Shown here: one piece after another, positions 7,917 to 15,405 of the stretch
How the letters are laid out: each line of letters opens with the position of its first letter
How positions within the stretch are numbered: position 1 is the stretch's first letter
Assembly (NCBI GenBank): GCA_046757665.1
Contig: JBHHYO010000051.1
Location: 1 to 19,927, forward strand
DNA: 19,927 nucleotides
Direction of reading: 5' to 3'
Source: Nitrospinales bacterium
Lineage (GTDB): Bacteria > Nitrospinota > Nitrospinia > Nitrospinales > JAJDAT01
Position numbers and translations under genes: made by a program
Notes under the pieces: model-generated
Told to the model about the DNA's origin: nothing
Database searches by the model: none
What the model saw: only the letters and a program-made list of their open reading frames with translations

Positions 7917-8194
7917 ACGCTTTGTCCAGCGCCGGTTCGGGATTGAAGACCTCTGCCCGCAAACTGCAATCCAGCGCCAACAACGTGGCGAACGTTTTGA
8001 CGCCGGGTTTCAAGGCAGACCGGGGGGTGGAGGCGTCCGACGTCAAATCCGGCGCGGCGGCGGAAACCTCAAACGTCGATTTGGCAAAAGAAGCGGTCGA
8101 TCAAATCACCGCCGTAAACGCCTTCAAGGCCAACGCCAACGTCATCAAGGCCGCCGAGGAAATGACCGGCGCCATCCTCGACATAAAGGGTTGA
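7910..8194 (+). CDS. Minimal flagellar basal-body rod-family protein (N- and C-terminal rod motifs only, 94 aa)
   Basis: N-terminal SGL...ANNVANVLTPGFK motif and C-terminal SNVDLAKE...AFKANANVIKAAEEM...ILDI motif, joined by a short linker. Confidence 0.85.
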   Translation: MLNALSSAGSGLKTSARKLQSSANNVANVLTPGFKADRGVEASDVKSGAAAETSNVDLAKEAVDQITAVNAFKANANVIKAAEEMTGAILDIKG

Positions 8195-8222
8195 CGGCGC
8201 AACCGTCGGCTGTTGACCGCCT

Positions 8223-8483
8223 ATGAGCCTGATTGAGAAAAACCACCTCAATTACCTGTCCACCGTCGAGCAGTTTTTTTTGTCGCTGAAGGATTCCGGG
8301 TTGTGCCTGTCGGCGACGGACTATCACCTGATCGGCGAATGGGAGGAGCGCGGCATCCCCGCCACCCGGCTGTGCCGCGCCATTGAACTGGGATACCAGC
8401 GGAACCGGGATGCCGTCCGCAGAATTTCCCTGGTTTATCTCAAGGATTTCATCGAAGAGGAAATCGAACGCGCTACGCCATGA
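8223..8483 (+). CDS. Small protein resembling the DnaD/DnaB_2 (DDBH2) domain
   Basis: LSATDYHLIGEWEERGIP...LCRAIE...ISLVYLKDFI resembles LSPxE..I..W....P...I..AI...S..YI..IL of DnaD C-terminal domains. ATGA overlap with the downstream ATPase. The ORF is likely real; the family is inferred. Confidence 0.65.
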   Translation: MSLIEKNHLNYLSTVEQFFLSLKDSGLCLSATDYHLIGEWEERGIPATRLCRAIELGYQRNRDAVRRISLVYLKDFIEEEIERATP

Positions 8484-9367
8484 CCCGTCCCGCCGTCAAA
8501 GAAAAAACCTGCGCGCAATGCGGCGGGAGCCAATACGTCGTCAAAAACCTCCGGGGATTGTTGCAAGCCGCGCCGTGTTCGTGTTTTCATTGCGACCTGT
8601 GCGGCGGCGACGGGCGAGTATTCGGCGAGGACGAGACGGGCCGGTCGTTCGTCCGCGAATGCCAATGCGCCGGGTTCCGAAAACGCGCCCGGCTATTGAG
8701 CGAAGCCGGGATTCCGGGGAAATTTCTGAACGCCTCGCTGGAAAATTACGAAACCGGGTACCACCGCTCGACGGGATTCGCCAAAACCGTCGCCCAGAAT
8801 TTCGTCAAGGATTTCGGCAAGTCGGAGCGCGGCCTGGTGTTCATGGGCGGCCCGGGGCTGGGCAAAACCCACCTTGCCGTGGCCATCATCAAATCCCTCA
8901 TCCTGGAAAAATCCGTGGACTGCAAATTCGTCGATTTTTTCCAATTGCTGTCCGACATCCGCCACGGGTACTCGCAAAATTTGTCCGACCGGGAAATCAG
9001 CGCTCCCTACATCAGCTCGGCGGTTCTGGTGATCGACGAACTGGCCAAGGGACGCAACACGGAATGGGAACTGACCATCCTCGACCAGATCATTTCCCAC
9101 CGTTACAACGCGGCGAACAAGATCACCCTGTTCACCACCAATTTCCTGACCACCGAGCGGCCGGCGGAAACCGCCAAGGGCGGCAAGAGAAAAACCGGAA
9201 CCAGACTGGACACGGAAAGCGGCGCCTATACGGACATGCTGACGCGGGAAACCCTGCAAGACCGGATCGGGCCAAGAATTTATTCGCGGCTGGCGGAGAT
9301 TTGCGATTTTGCCCGTCTCGAGGGGCCGGACCACCGCCAGACCCACGCCCGGGTGCGCCAGTCGTGA
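8480..9367 (+). CDS. DnaC/DnaI/IstB-family AAA+ ATPase with a Cys-rich N-terminus (putative replicative helicase loader)
   Basis: Walker A GGPGLGKT, Walker B VLVIDE, IISHRYN, FTTN and RIGPRIYSRLAE. The N-terminus has two CxxCGG...CxC units. Confidence 0.88.
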   Translation: MTRPAVKEKTCAQCGGSQYVVKNLRGLLQAAPCSCFHCDLCGGDGRVFGEDETGRSFVRECQCAGFRKRARLLSEAGIPGKFLNASLENYETGYHRSTGFAKTVAQNFVKDFGKSERGLVFMGGPGLGKTHLAVAIIKSLILEKSVDCKFVDFFQLLSDIRHGYSQNLSDREISAPYISSAVLVIDELAKGRNTEWELTILDQIISHRYNAANKITLFTTNFLTTERPAETAKGGKRKTGTRLDTESGAYTDMLTRETLQDRIGPRIYSRLAEICDFARLEGPDHRQTHARVRQS

Positions 9368-9371
9368 AGTT

Positions 9372-9794
9372 ATGAACGATGTTTTGCAATACATTCCGCA
9401 CCGGCCGCCGTTTCTTTTCGTTGACCGGATCATCGAATGCGCCGGGGAGCGGATACGGACCGAGAAGAAAGTATCCGAGGACGAGCCGTATTTTCAAGGT
9501 CATTTCCCCGGCCGCCCCATCATGCCGGGTGTGCTGATTTGCGAATTTGTGTTTCAGACGGGCGCCATTTTGATGGCGCGGCTGGCGGGGGGCGCGCAAC
9601 ACCGCCTGCCCGTCATCACCCGCATCCGCGACGTGCGCCTCAAGCATCCGGTGGTTCCCGGCGAGGTGATCCAGGCGGACGTGCGCTTGAAAGACCGCGA
9701 AGGCCCGGCGTATTATCTTTCCGGCAAGGTGACGGCGGGCGAAAAGAAGGTTTTGACGCTTGAGTTCGCCGCCATGCTGACCGAGGATTTGTAA
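9372..9794 (+). CDS. fabZ: 3-hydroxyacyl-ACP dehydratase FabZ
   Basis: Motifs [31 protein letters not shown] and PVVPGE. Start reassigned to ATG 9372. Confidence 0.9.
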   Translation: MNDVLQYIPHRPPFLFVDRIIECAGERIRTEKKVSEDEPYFQGHFPGRPIMPGVLICEFVFQTGAILMARLAGGAQHRLPVITRIRDVRLKHPVVPGEVIQADVRLKDREGPAYYLSGKVTAGEKKVLTLEFAAMLTEDL

Positions 9795-9807
9795 GGGAGA
9801 GCACTGC

Positions 9808-10611
9808 GTGAGCTTTCTGGACCTGGAAAACAAGACCTTTCTGGTGTTCGGCGTGGCCAACAAGAAAAGCGTCGCCTACCACATCGGCAAAACCCTGGAA
9901 CGGGAAAAAGCCCAAGTGATCTACAGCGTCCGTAGCGAGGAGCGCCGGCAGTCGCTGGCCGACCTGCTGGCCCCGGCCCCGGTTTATGTGTGCGACGTCG
10001 AACGCCAGGAGGAAATCGACGCACTGCAAAGGCAAACCGCCTCGCGCCACGGCGTTCTGCACGGGTTGGTGCACTCGGTGGCGTTCGCCAATTACTCTGC
10101 CGGGCCGAAACCGTTTCACGAAACCCGGAAAGCGGATTTTCTTCAGGCCATGGATATCAGTTGTTTTTCGCTGATCAACCTGGCGAATGCCTTCAAGGAT
10201 CAGTTCGACCGACAGGCCTCGGTGGTGACGATTTCCATTTCGACGACGCGCATGGCGGCGGAGAATTACGGTTACATGGCGCCCGCCAAGGCCGCCCTGG
10301 ACTCAACCTTGTGTTTTCTGGCGAAATCGTTCAGCGCCTTTTCGGAAGTACGATTCAACTCGGTCAACCCCGGGCTTTTGAAAACCTCCGCCTCGGCGGG
10401 CATCCCCGGCTACTTGCAGTCCTACCTGCACGCGGAAAACCTGACCTTGCGCCGCCGGGCCGTGGCGACGCGGGAAGTCGCCGACGCGGCGGTGTTTCTG
10501 CTGAGCCCGCGCGCTGGCGCCATCAATGCCCAGGGCCTCGTGCTCGACGCCGGCATGTCCATCAACTATTTCGACCGGGAAATCGTTAAAAAAGCCACCC
10601 GGCCGGATTAA
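9808..10611 (+). CDS. fabI: Enoyl-ACP reductase, FabI-type SDR
   Basis: [29 protein letters not shown], catalytic Y-x6-K (YGYMAPAK) and [10 protein letters not shown]; follows fabZ. Confidence 0.85.
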   Translation: MSFLDLENKTFLVFGVANKKSVAYHIGKTLEREKAQVIYSVRSEERRQSLADLLAPAPVYVCDVERQEEIDALQRQTASRHGVLHGLVHSVAFANYSAGPKPFHETRKADFLQAMDISCFSLINLANAFKDQFDRQASVVTISISTTRMAAENYGYMAPAKAALDSTLCFLAKSFSAFSEVRFNSVNPGLLKTSASAGIPGYLQSYLHAENLTLRRRAVATREVADAAVFLLSPRAGAINAQGLVLDAGMSINYFDREIVKKATRPD

Positions 10612-10632
10612 AAACCTCTTTCACCAATAGAG

Positions 10633-10790
10633 CTTTGGCTAACCCAAGAACTTCGCCCCTTGGTGTCATCGCGAGCCGCCACTGGCGGCGTGGCGATCCA
10701 GCCGGGCCACGCCCGGTGGGAAAAGGCCTTTCTGGATTGCTTCGGCTACCGCCTCGCAATGACAATCAAACAAGTTCACTTGTGCAAAGG
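10633..10790 (+). repeat. Structured palindromic repeat (REP/MITE-like), copy 1; core 10664-10764
   Basis: Outer stem TGTCATCGCGAG/CTCGCAATGACA, inner stem GCGATCCAG/CTGGATTGC and three small hairpins. 39 bp (10684-10722) are identical to 13119-13157. Confidence 0.85.
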
Positions 10791-10846
10791 CCTTTTTCGG
10801 CAAACCCCGCGCCGGATCAACAGATTTTCCTATCCCGTAAAAGTAA

Positions 10847-10875
10847 TTGATAGGGGGCTGTTTTGTTGATATAAT
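10847..10875 (+). promoter_or_regulatory. Putative sigma70 promoter of the sensor kinase
   Basis: TTGATA-17 bp-TATAAT, near consensus, about 40 bp upstream of ATG 10915. Confidence 0.7.
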
Positions 10876-10914
10876 CCATTGAGCCGTGTATCGGGGGGAA
10901 AATCAAGGAAATCC

Positions 10915-13056
10915 ATGAAGTCCTTCCTGAACAGACCTTATATCCTGATGATGTTGGGGGCAATTCTGGCCGCCGCGATTTTTTCGGTTGACCTGATGAT
11001 GTCCCTGGGAGTCGCGGGCGGCGTGCCCTATGTGGTTGTCGTTTTTCTGGGGCTGTGGGTTCAAGACAAACGCTACATCCTCGTCAGCGCGATTGCCGGG
11101 TCGGCGCTAACCACCGCCGGCTTTCTCTGGTCCCCTCCCGGCGGCGATTTATGGCATGTGGCGGCAAACCGTTTGATCGCCCTTTTTGCAATTTGGGTGA
11201 CGGCGGTGCTCTGCCTGAAATACAGGGAAAAGGCCGAATCCGCCTTGTCGCAAACCCAGGAGGAGTTTCGATCCGTCTTCGACCATGCCATGGACGGAAT
11301 CCTGAAGATCGACGAGACCGGAATCGTTCGATCCTTTAATCCGTCCGCGGAGCGCATCTTCGGCTTCAAGGCGGAGGAGATCATCGGCAAAAATGTAAAC
11401 CTGCTGATGCCGGAGCCTTATAAAAGCGAGCACGACGGCTATATCCGGCGGTATCTGAACACCGGCGAGACCCACATTCTGGGCATGGCGCGGGAGGTGC
11501 TGGGGCAGTGCAAGGACGGCTCCGTCTTTCCCCTGGAAATCTCCGTCAGCGAGTTCTTCCGGGAAGATCAGCGCATGTTCGTCGGCATCGTGCGCGATAT
11601 CTCCGAACGCAAGCGGGCCGAGGCGGAGATCAGCAACTTGTCGAAGTTTCCCGCCGAAAACCCCTACCCCGTCCTGCGTATCGCTCACAACGGCACCATA
11701 TTGTACGGCAATGCCGCCGCCCAGCGGCTCTTGATGAAACAATGGAACCGCATGATCGGCCAGGCGGTGCCAGAGCAATGGCAGGAATGGATCGCCAGGG
11801 CAGTCGCCGAAAATGTCACCGAACAGGTGGAAATCGCCGTGTACGACGCCATTTTCTCGCTTGCGGTCACGCCGATTGCGAAGACCGGCTACGTCAACAT
11901 TTACGGGCAGGACATCACGGACCGCAAGCGGGCGGAGGAAAATGCCCAGTTTCTTTACCGGCAGATCGAATTGGTTCTGGCTTCTGCCGGGGAAGGTATT
12001 TTCGGGCTGGACTTGCAGGGGACTTTGACCTTCGTCAACCCCGCCGCAAAACGAATGCTCGGTTACAAGGTTGGGGAGCTTCCCGGCAAACCGGTGAACA
12101 TCTTATTGCAAGACCCCAACGTCCCGAAACAGGAGCCGGTCTCCTCCGAGGGCTGTCCTATTCTCGCCGTGCTGGAAAACAGTCTTTCCTTTCGCGTCAC
12201 CGACAGCGTGTTCTGGCGAAAAAACGGCACCAGTTTTCCGGTCGAGTACATCAGCACATCCTTGATGGACCGGGGCGAAATCACGGGAGCCGTGGTCACT
12301 TTCAGCAACATCACCGAACGCCTGAAAACGGAGAAGGAGCTGAAACGCCAGGCCGCCGACCTGGAAAAGGTGAACGCGGAGTTGAAAGATTTCACGCGCA
12401 CCGCCTCGCACGACCTCCAGGAGCCTCTGCGCAAGATTGTGACTTTCAGCGACCGGCTGGAGTCGGCGCTGACCGAGGGCAAGGAAGCGAACGTGCCGGT
12501 CTATCTCGAACGCATCCAGACCTCCGCGCTACGGATGAAACAACTGATCGAAGACCTGCTCGAGTTTTCCAAGGTTACCGCGCAACCCGACGAGTTCAAA
12601 TCCGTCGATCTGAACCGTGTGGTCGAGGGAGTGCTTTCGGACCTGGAGATTCAAATCGAGCAATCGAAGGGCCGCGTGGAGGTGGCCCCCCTGCCTACGC
12701 TGGAAGCGAATGGACTGCAAATGCGCCTGTTGTTTCAAAACCTGATTTCCAACGGGCTCAAGTACACCTCGCCGGAACGGCCGCCGACGGTTTCCATCAA
12801 AAGCATCTTGCTCCCCAACGGCAACTGGAACATTCTGGTGACGGACAATGGAATAGGCATCGAAAAGCAGTATCGGGAGCGGATATTCAAACCGTTCGCG
12901 CGGTTGCATTCATCCGGAGAGTACCGCGGCAGTGGCATGGGCCTGGCGATTTGCAGTAAGATCGTTTCCCGTCACAAGGGGAGCATTGCCATCGAGGACA
13001 CCGCGGGCGAAGGCACCTGTTTCGTCGTCACTCTTCCACAAACCCAGGAGATTTGA
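10915..13056 (+). CDS. Membrane-bound multi-PAS sensor histidine kinase with a FixL-like heme PAS domain
   Basis: Hydrophobic N-terminal segments and three PAS-like repeats. H-box ASHDLQEPLRKI, N-box FQNLISNGLKY, G1 DNGIGI, F-box IFKPF, G2 GSGMGLAI. ATG 10915 follows AAGGA. Confidence 0.93.
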   Translation: MKSFLNRPYILMMLGAILAAAIFSVDLMMSLGVAGGVPYVVVVFLGLWVQDKRYILVSAIAGSALTTAGFLWSPPGGDLWHVAANRLIALFAIWVTAVLCLKYREKAESALSQTQEEFRSVFDHAMDGILKIDETGIVRSFNPSAERIFGFKAEEIIGKNVNLLMPEPYKSEHDGYIRRYLNTGETHILGMAREVLGQCKDGSVFPLEISVSEFFREDQRMFVGIVRDISERKRAEAEISNLSKFPAENPYPVLRIAHNGTILYGNAAAQRLLMKQWNRMIGQAVPEQWQEWIARAVAENVTEQVEIAVYDAIFSLAVTPIAKTGYVNIYGQDITDRKRAEENAQFLYRQIELVLASAGEGIFGLDLQGTLTFVNPAAKRMLGYKVGELPGKPVNILLQDPNVPKQEPVSSEGCPILAVLENSLSFRVTDSVFWRKNGTSFPVEYISTSLMDRGEITGAVVTFSNITERLKTEKELKRQAADLEKVNAELKDFTRTASHDLQEPLRKIVTFSDRLESALTEGKEANVPVYLERIQTSALRMKQLIEDLLEFSKVTAQPDEFKSVDLNRVVEGVLSDLEIQIEQSKGRVEVAPLPTLEANGLQMRLLFQNLISNGLKYTSPERPPTVSIKSILLPNGNWNILVTDNGIGIEKQYRERIFKPFARLHSSGEYRGSGMGLAICSKIVSRHKGSIAIEDTAGEGTCFVVTLPQTQEI

Positions 13057-13064
13057 GAAAGAAA

Positions 13065-13204
13065 CCTTTGCATAACCCGAGATTCTTCGCCGCCCCGGTG
13101 TCATCGCGAGCCGTCACCGGCGGCGTGGCGATCCAGCCGGGCCACGCCCGGTGGGAATGGGTCCTTTCTGGATTGCTTCATCGGCTGAGCCGCTTCGCAA
13201 TGAC
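13065..13204 (+). repeat. Structured palindromic repeat, copy 2 (direct orientation; core 13099-13204), between convergent genes
   Basis: Same leader (CTTTG...TAACCCRAGA...CTTCGCC) and same core as copy 1; ends TTCGCAATGAC 8 bp before the ABC gene stop codon. Confidence 0.85.
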
Positions 13205-13212
13205 GGTCAGAC

Positions 13213-14967
13213 TCAGCGGTACTCATTGACGTCCGGGGACGCGGTTTCCAGCATTCCCAGGGTGTAGAGGCGGTAATAGAGGCTTTCGTTTTTCATCAGG
13301 TGTTCGTGGTCGCCCGTTTCGACCACGCGGCCCTTGTCGAGGACGATGATTTTGTCGGCCCGGTGGACCGTGCTGAGGCGGTGGGCGATGATCAGGGTAG
13401 TGCGATTGACCAGCAAAAGCTCCATGGCTTCCTGAATCAGGGTTTCCGAGCGGTTGTCCAGGGAGGAAGTCGCTTCGTCGAGGATCAGGATTTTCGGGTC
13501 TTTCAGCAGTGCCCGGGCGATGGCGATGCGCTGTCTTTCGCCGCCGGAGAGTTTGGTTCCTTTTTCTCCCACCAGGGTGTCGTAGCCTTTTTCCAGGTTG
13601 ACGATGAAGTCGTGGGCGTTGGCCATTTTCGCCGCCTGCTCGACTTCTTCCTCCGAGGCGTCGAGTTTTCCGTAAAGGATATTATCGCGCACGGAGCCGC
13701 CGAACAGGAGCGTCTCCTGCGGTACGTAGGCGATTCGGTCGAGGAAGGTTTTCATGTCCAGGCGGCGCAGGTCGTGCCCGTCCAGCTTGACGCATCCTTC
13801 GTCGGGATCGAAGAAGCGGTGTAACAAATGACCGACGGTCGATTTCCCGGCGCCGCTGGGGCCGACCAGGGCAACCATCTGGCCGGAGAGGATTTCAAAA
13901 TCGACGTTCTTCAAAACAGGCGTGTTTTCCCGGTAGGCGAAGGAAACGTTTTCAAAGCGGATATCGCCCTCAATGTTTGCCAGTTTGACGGGGTTGTCCG
14001 GGTTTTCGACTTCGGGCTGGATGTCGAGGAGTTCATAGACGCGGCCGATGGCTCCGGACGCCTCCTGGATTTGCGTGTAGATGCGGACGAAGGCGCCGAT
14101 GGGGCCGGCCATGATGATGGCATAAAGAAAAAACGCCGCCAGCTCGCCCGGCGTGGTGGTCCCCGTCATGACCTGATGCCCGCCATACCAGATTAAAAGC
14201 GCCGAAACCAGAAAAGTCAGGCCCAGAATGAAGGGGCCGAAAAAAGCCGATATCCTGACCTTGCCGACCGACGTGTCGAACGCCGTTTCAATTTCCCGCT
14301 CGAACCGCTTTTGCTCATACGCCTCGCGGGCGTAGGATTTTACAATCTTGATGGAAGAGACCACTTCCTCCAGAACCACCAGCGCCCGGGCGAGTTTGTC
14401 CTGCACTTCCTCGGAAAGCTTGCGCAACCGCTTGCCGAAGATGCGCGCAAAAAGCATCAGCGGCGGCAGGAGCAGAAGGATCAAGCCCGTCAGCTTCCAG
14501 TCCAGGTACAGAATGATCGCCAACCCTCCCAGCAGGGTGATGGTCTGCCGTAGCACCGCTACGGGAATGTTGACCAGGGCGGATTGCACCACCGAGATGT
14601 CATGGCTCATGCGCGACAGGATTTCGCCCACCCGGCGGCTTTGAAAAAACCGCACGGAAAGGGACTGGATGTGGGCAAACAGCTCGGTGCGGAAATCTGT
14701 AGTCACCCGATGACCGATGAATCCCAGAATATAATTTTGAGTTACCGCGAAGATGGCCTGAAAGATAATAATAACGATCAGGTCAAAAGTCAGGTCGTTG
14801 AGAAGCGCGCCGTTTTTCTCGATGAACACGGCGTTAACCATGTTGCGCACAATCAGCGGTAGCGCCAGGCTGATCAGTGAGGTGAGAGTCAGGCAGAGGA
14901 ACGCAAAAACGATGCTCTTCGTATAGGGTTTTGCGTATTTGAACAGTTTGCCGTACTTTTTCATCAT
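13213..14967 (-). CDS. ABC exporter, fused permease/ATPase (MsbA-like)
   Basis: Multi-TM N-terminal domain, Walker A GPSGAGKS, Q-loop YVPQE, signature LSGGERQR, Walker B ILILDEATS and H-loop IAHRLST. Confidence 0.93.
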   Translation of the reverse strand: MMKKYGKLFKYAKPYTKSIVFAFLCLTLTSLISLALPLIVRNMVNAVFIEKNGALLNDLTFDLIVIIIFQAIFAVTQNYILGFIGHRVTTDFRTELFAHIQSLSVRFFQSRRVGEILSRMSHDISVVQSALVNIPVAVLRQTITLLGGLAIILYLDWKLTGLILLLLPPLMLFARIFGKRLRKLSEEVQDKLARALVVLEEVVSSIKIVKSYAREAYEQKRFEREIETAFDTSVGKVRISAFFGPFILGLTFLVSALLIWYGGHQVMTGTTTPGELAAFFLYAIIMAGPIGAFVRIYTQIQEASGAIGRVYELLDIQPEVENPDNPVKLANIEGDIRFENVSFAYRENTPVLKNVDFEILSGQMVALVGPSGAGKSTVGHLLHRFFDPDEGCVKLDGHDLRRLDMKTFLDRIAYVPQETLLFGGSVRDNILYGKLDASEEEVEQAAKMANAHDFIVNLEKGYDTLVGEKGTKLSGGERQRIAIARALLKDPKILILDEATSSLDNRSETLIQEAMELLLVNRTTLIIAHRLSTVHRADKIIVLDKGRVVETGDHEHLMKNESLYYRLYTLGMLETASPDVNEYR

Positions 14968-14974
14968 ATGAATA

Positions 14975-15023
14975 GTGGCGCGGGTTTTCCGGCCCGTGCG
15001 GCAGGCTGGAAAACCCGCTCCAC
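14975..15023. repeat. Strong REP-like hairpin immediately upstream of the ABC exporter start
   Basis: GTGGCGCGGGTTTTCCGGCC...GGCTGGAAAACCCGCTCCAC has an 11-bp perfect core (GCGGGTTTTCC/GGAAAACCCGC) with GTGG/CCAC ends. Confidence 0.7.
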
Positions 15024-15327
15024 CAAAAAAACCTTTAATGGATTGGTTTCAATAGGGTTGGTCTAAAAGTGTCCGGCTCAAACGGGTTGTGAAAGAAAGT
15101 TATGATACCTTCTCAAGGCTTTCAATTCAACGCATATCCGGCTTTCTCTGAAGCCCCGTTCGAGAGATTGCCATATAACAGCATAAAAATCAATTGATTA
15201 AAAGTTCCGTGAAATTCCATTTTCTTCTAACCCAGGCAAAGGTCTTCCGGGGAAATTTTTTTGGGTTGCGAATGATTTGCAAAATCAGCGGTTTTTTGCC
15301 GGCGCCGGAACGGGATAATTTTTAAGG

Positions 15328-15356
15328 TTGCAATCCTTCAAACCGTTTCCTAATAT
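15328..15356 (+). promoter_or_regulatory. Putative sigma70 promoter of dnaA
   Basis: TTGCAA-17 bp-TAATAT, about 50 bp upstream of ATG 15406. Confidence 0.55.
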
Positions 15357-15405
15357 TGCTTCTTCCCGGTCTTATTCCCTCCAGCAGATTTTTGGAAGCA
15401 CAGCT

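Noticed and set aside
8480-9367. IS21 IstB helper or prophage replication gene
   Set aside because: No IstA, terminal repeats, integrase or phage genes nearby; it is embedded among housekeeping genes and has a Cys-rich N-terminus unlike IstB.
10866-10879. FNR/FixK box upstream of the heme-PAS kinase
   Set aside because: TTGAT is not followed by N4-ATCAA; the sequence is better explained as the -10 element.
11508-12959. 483-aa alternative-frame ORF inside the kinase
   Set aside because: An Arg/Gly/Pro-rich off-frame product typical of GC-rich codon bias; the kinase frame is intact.
10664-13204. CRISPR array, tRNA or composite transposon explanation for the repeats
   Set aside because: Only two copies of about 100-150 bp, with no spacers or cas genes, no tRNA T-loop or CCA features, and no transposase between them.
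14968-15405. Small rpmH (L34) gene divergent from dnaA, and a TTG 15328 start for dnaA
   Set aside because: No MKRTxQP-like frame was seen. TTG 15328 coincides with a candidate -35, and DnaA-like sequence begins at ATG 15406.
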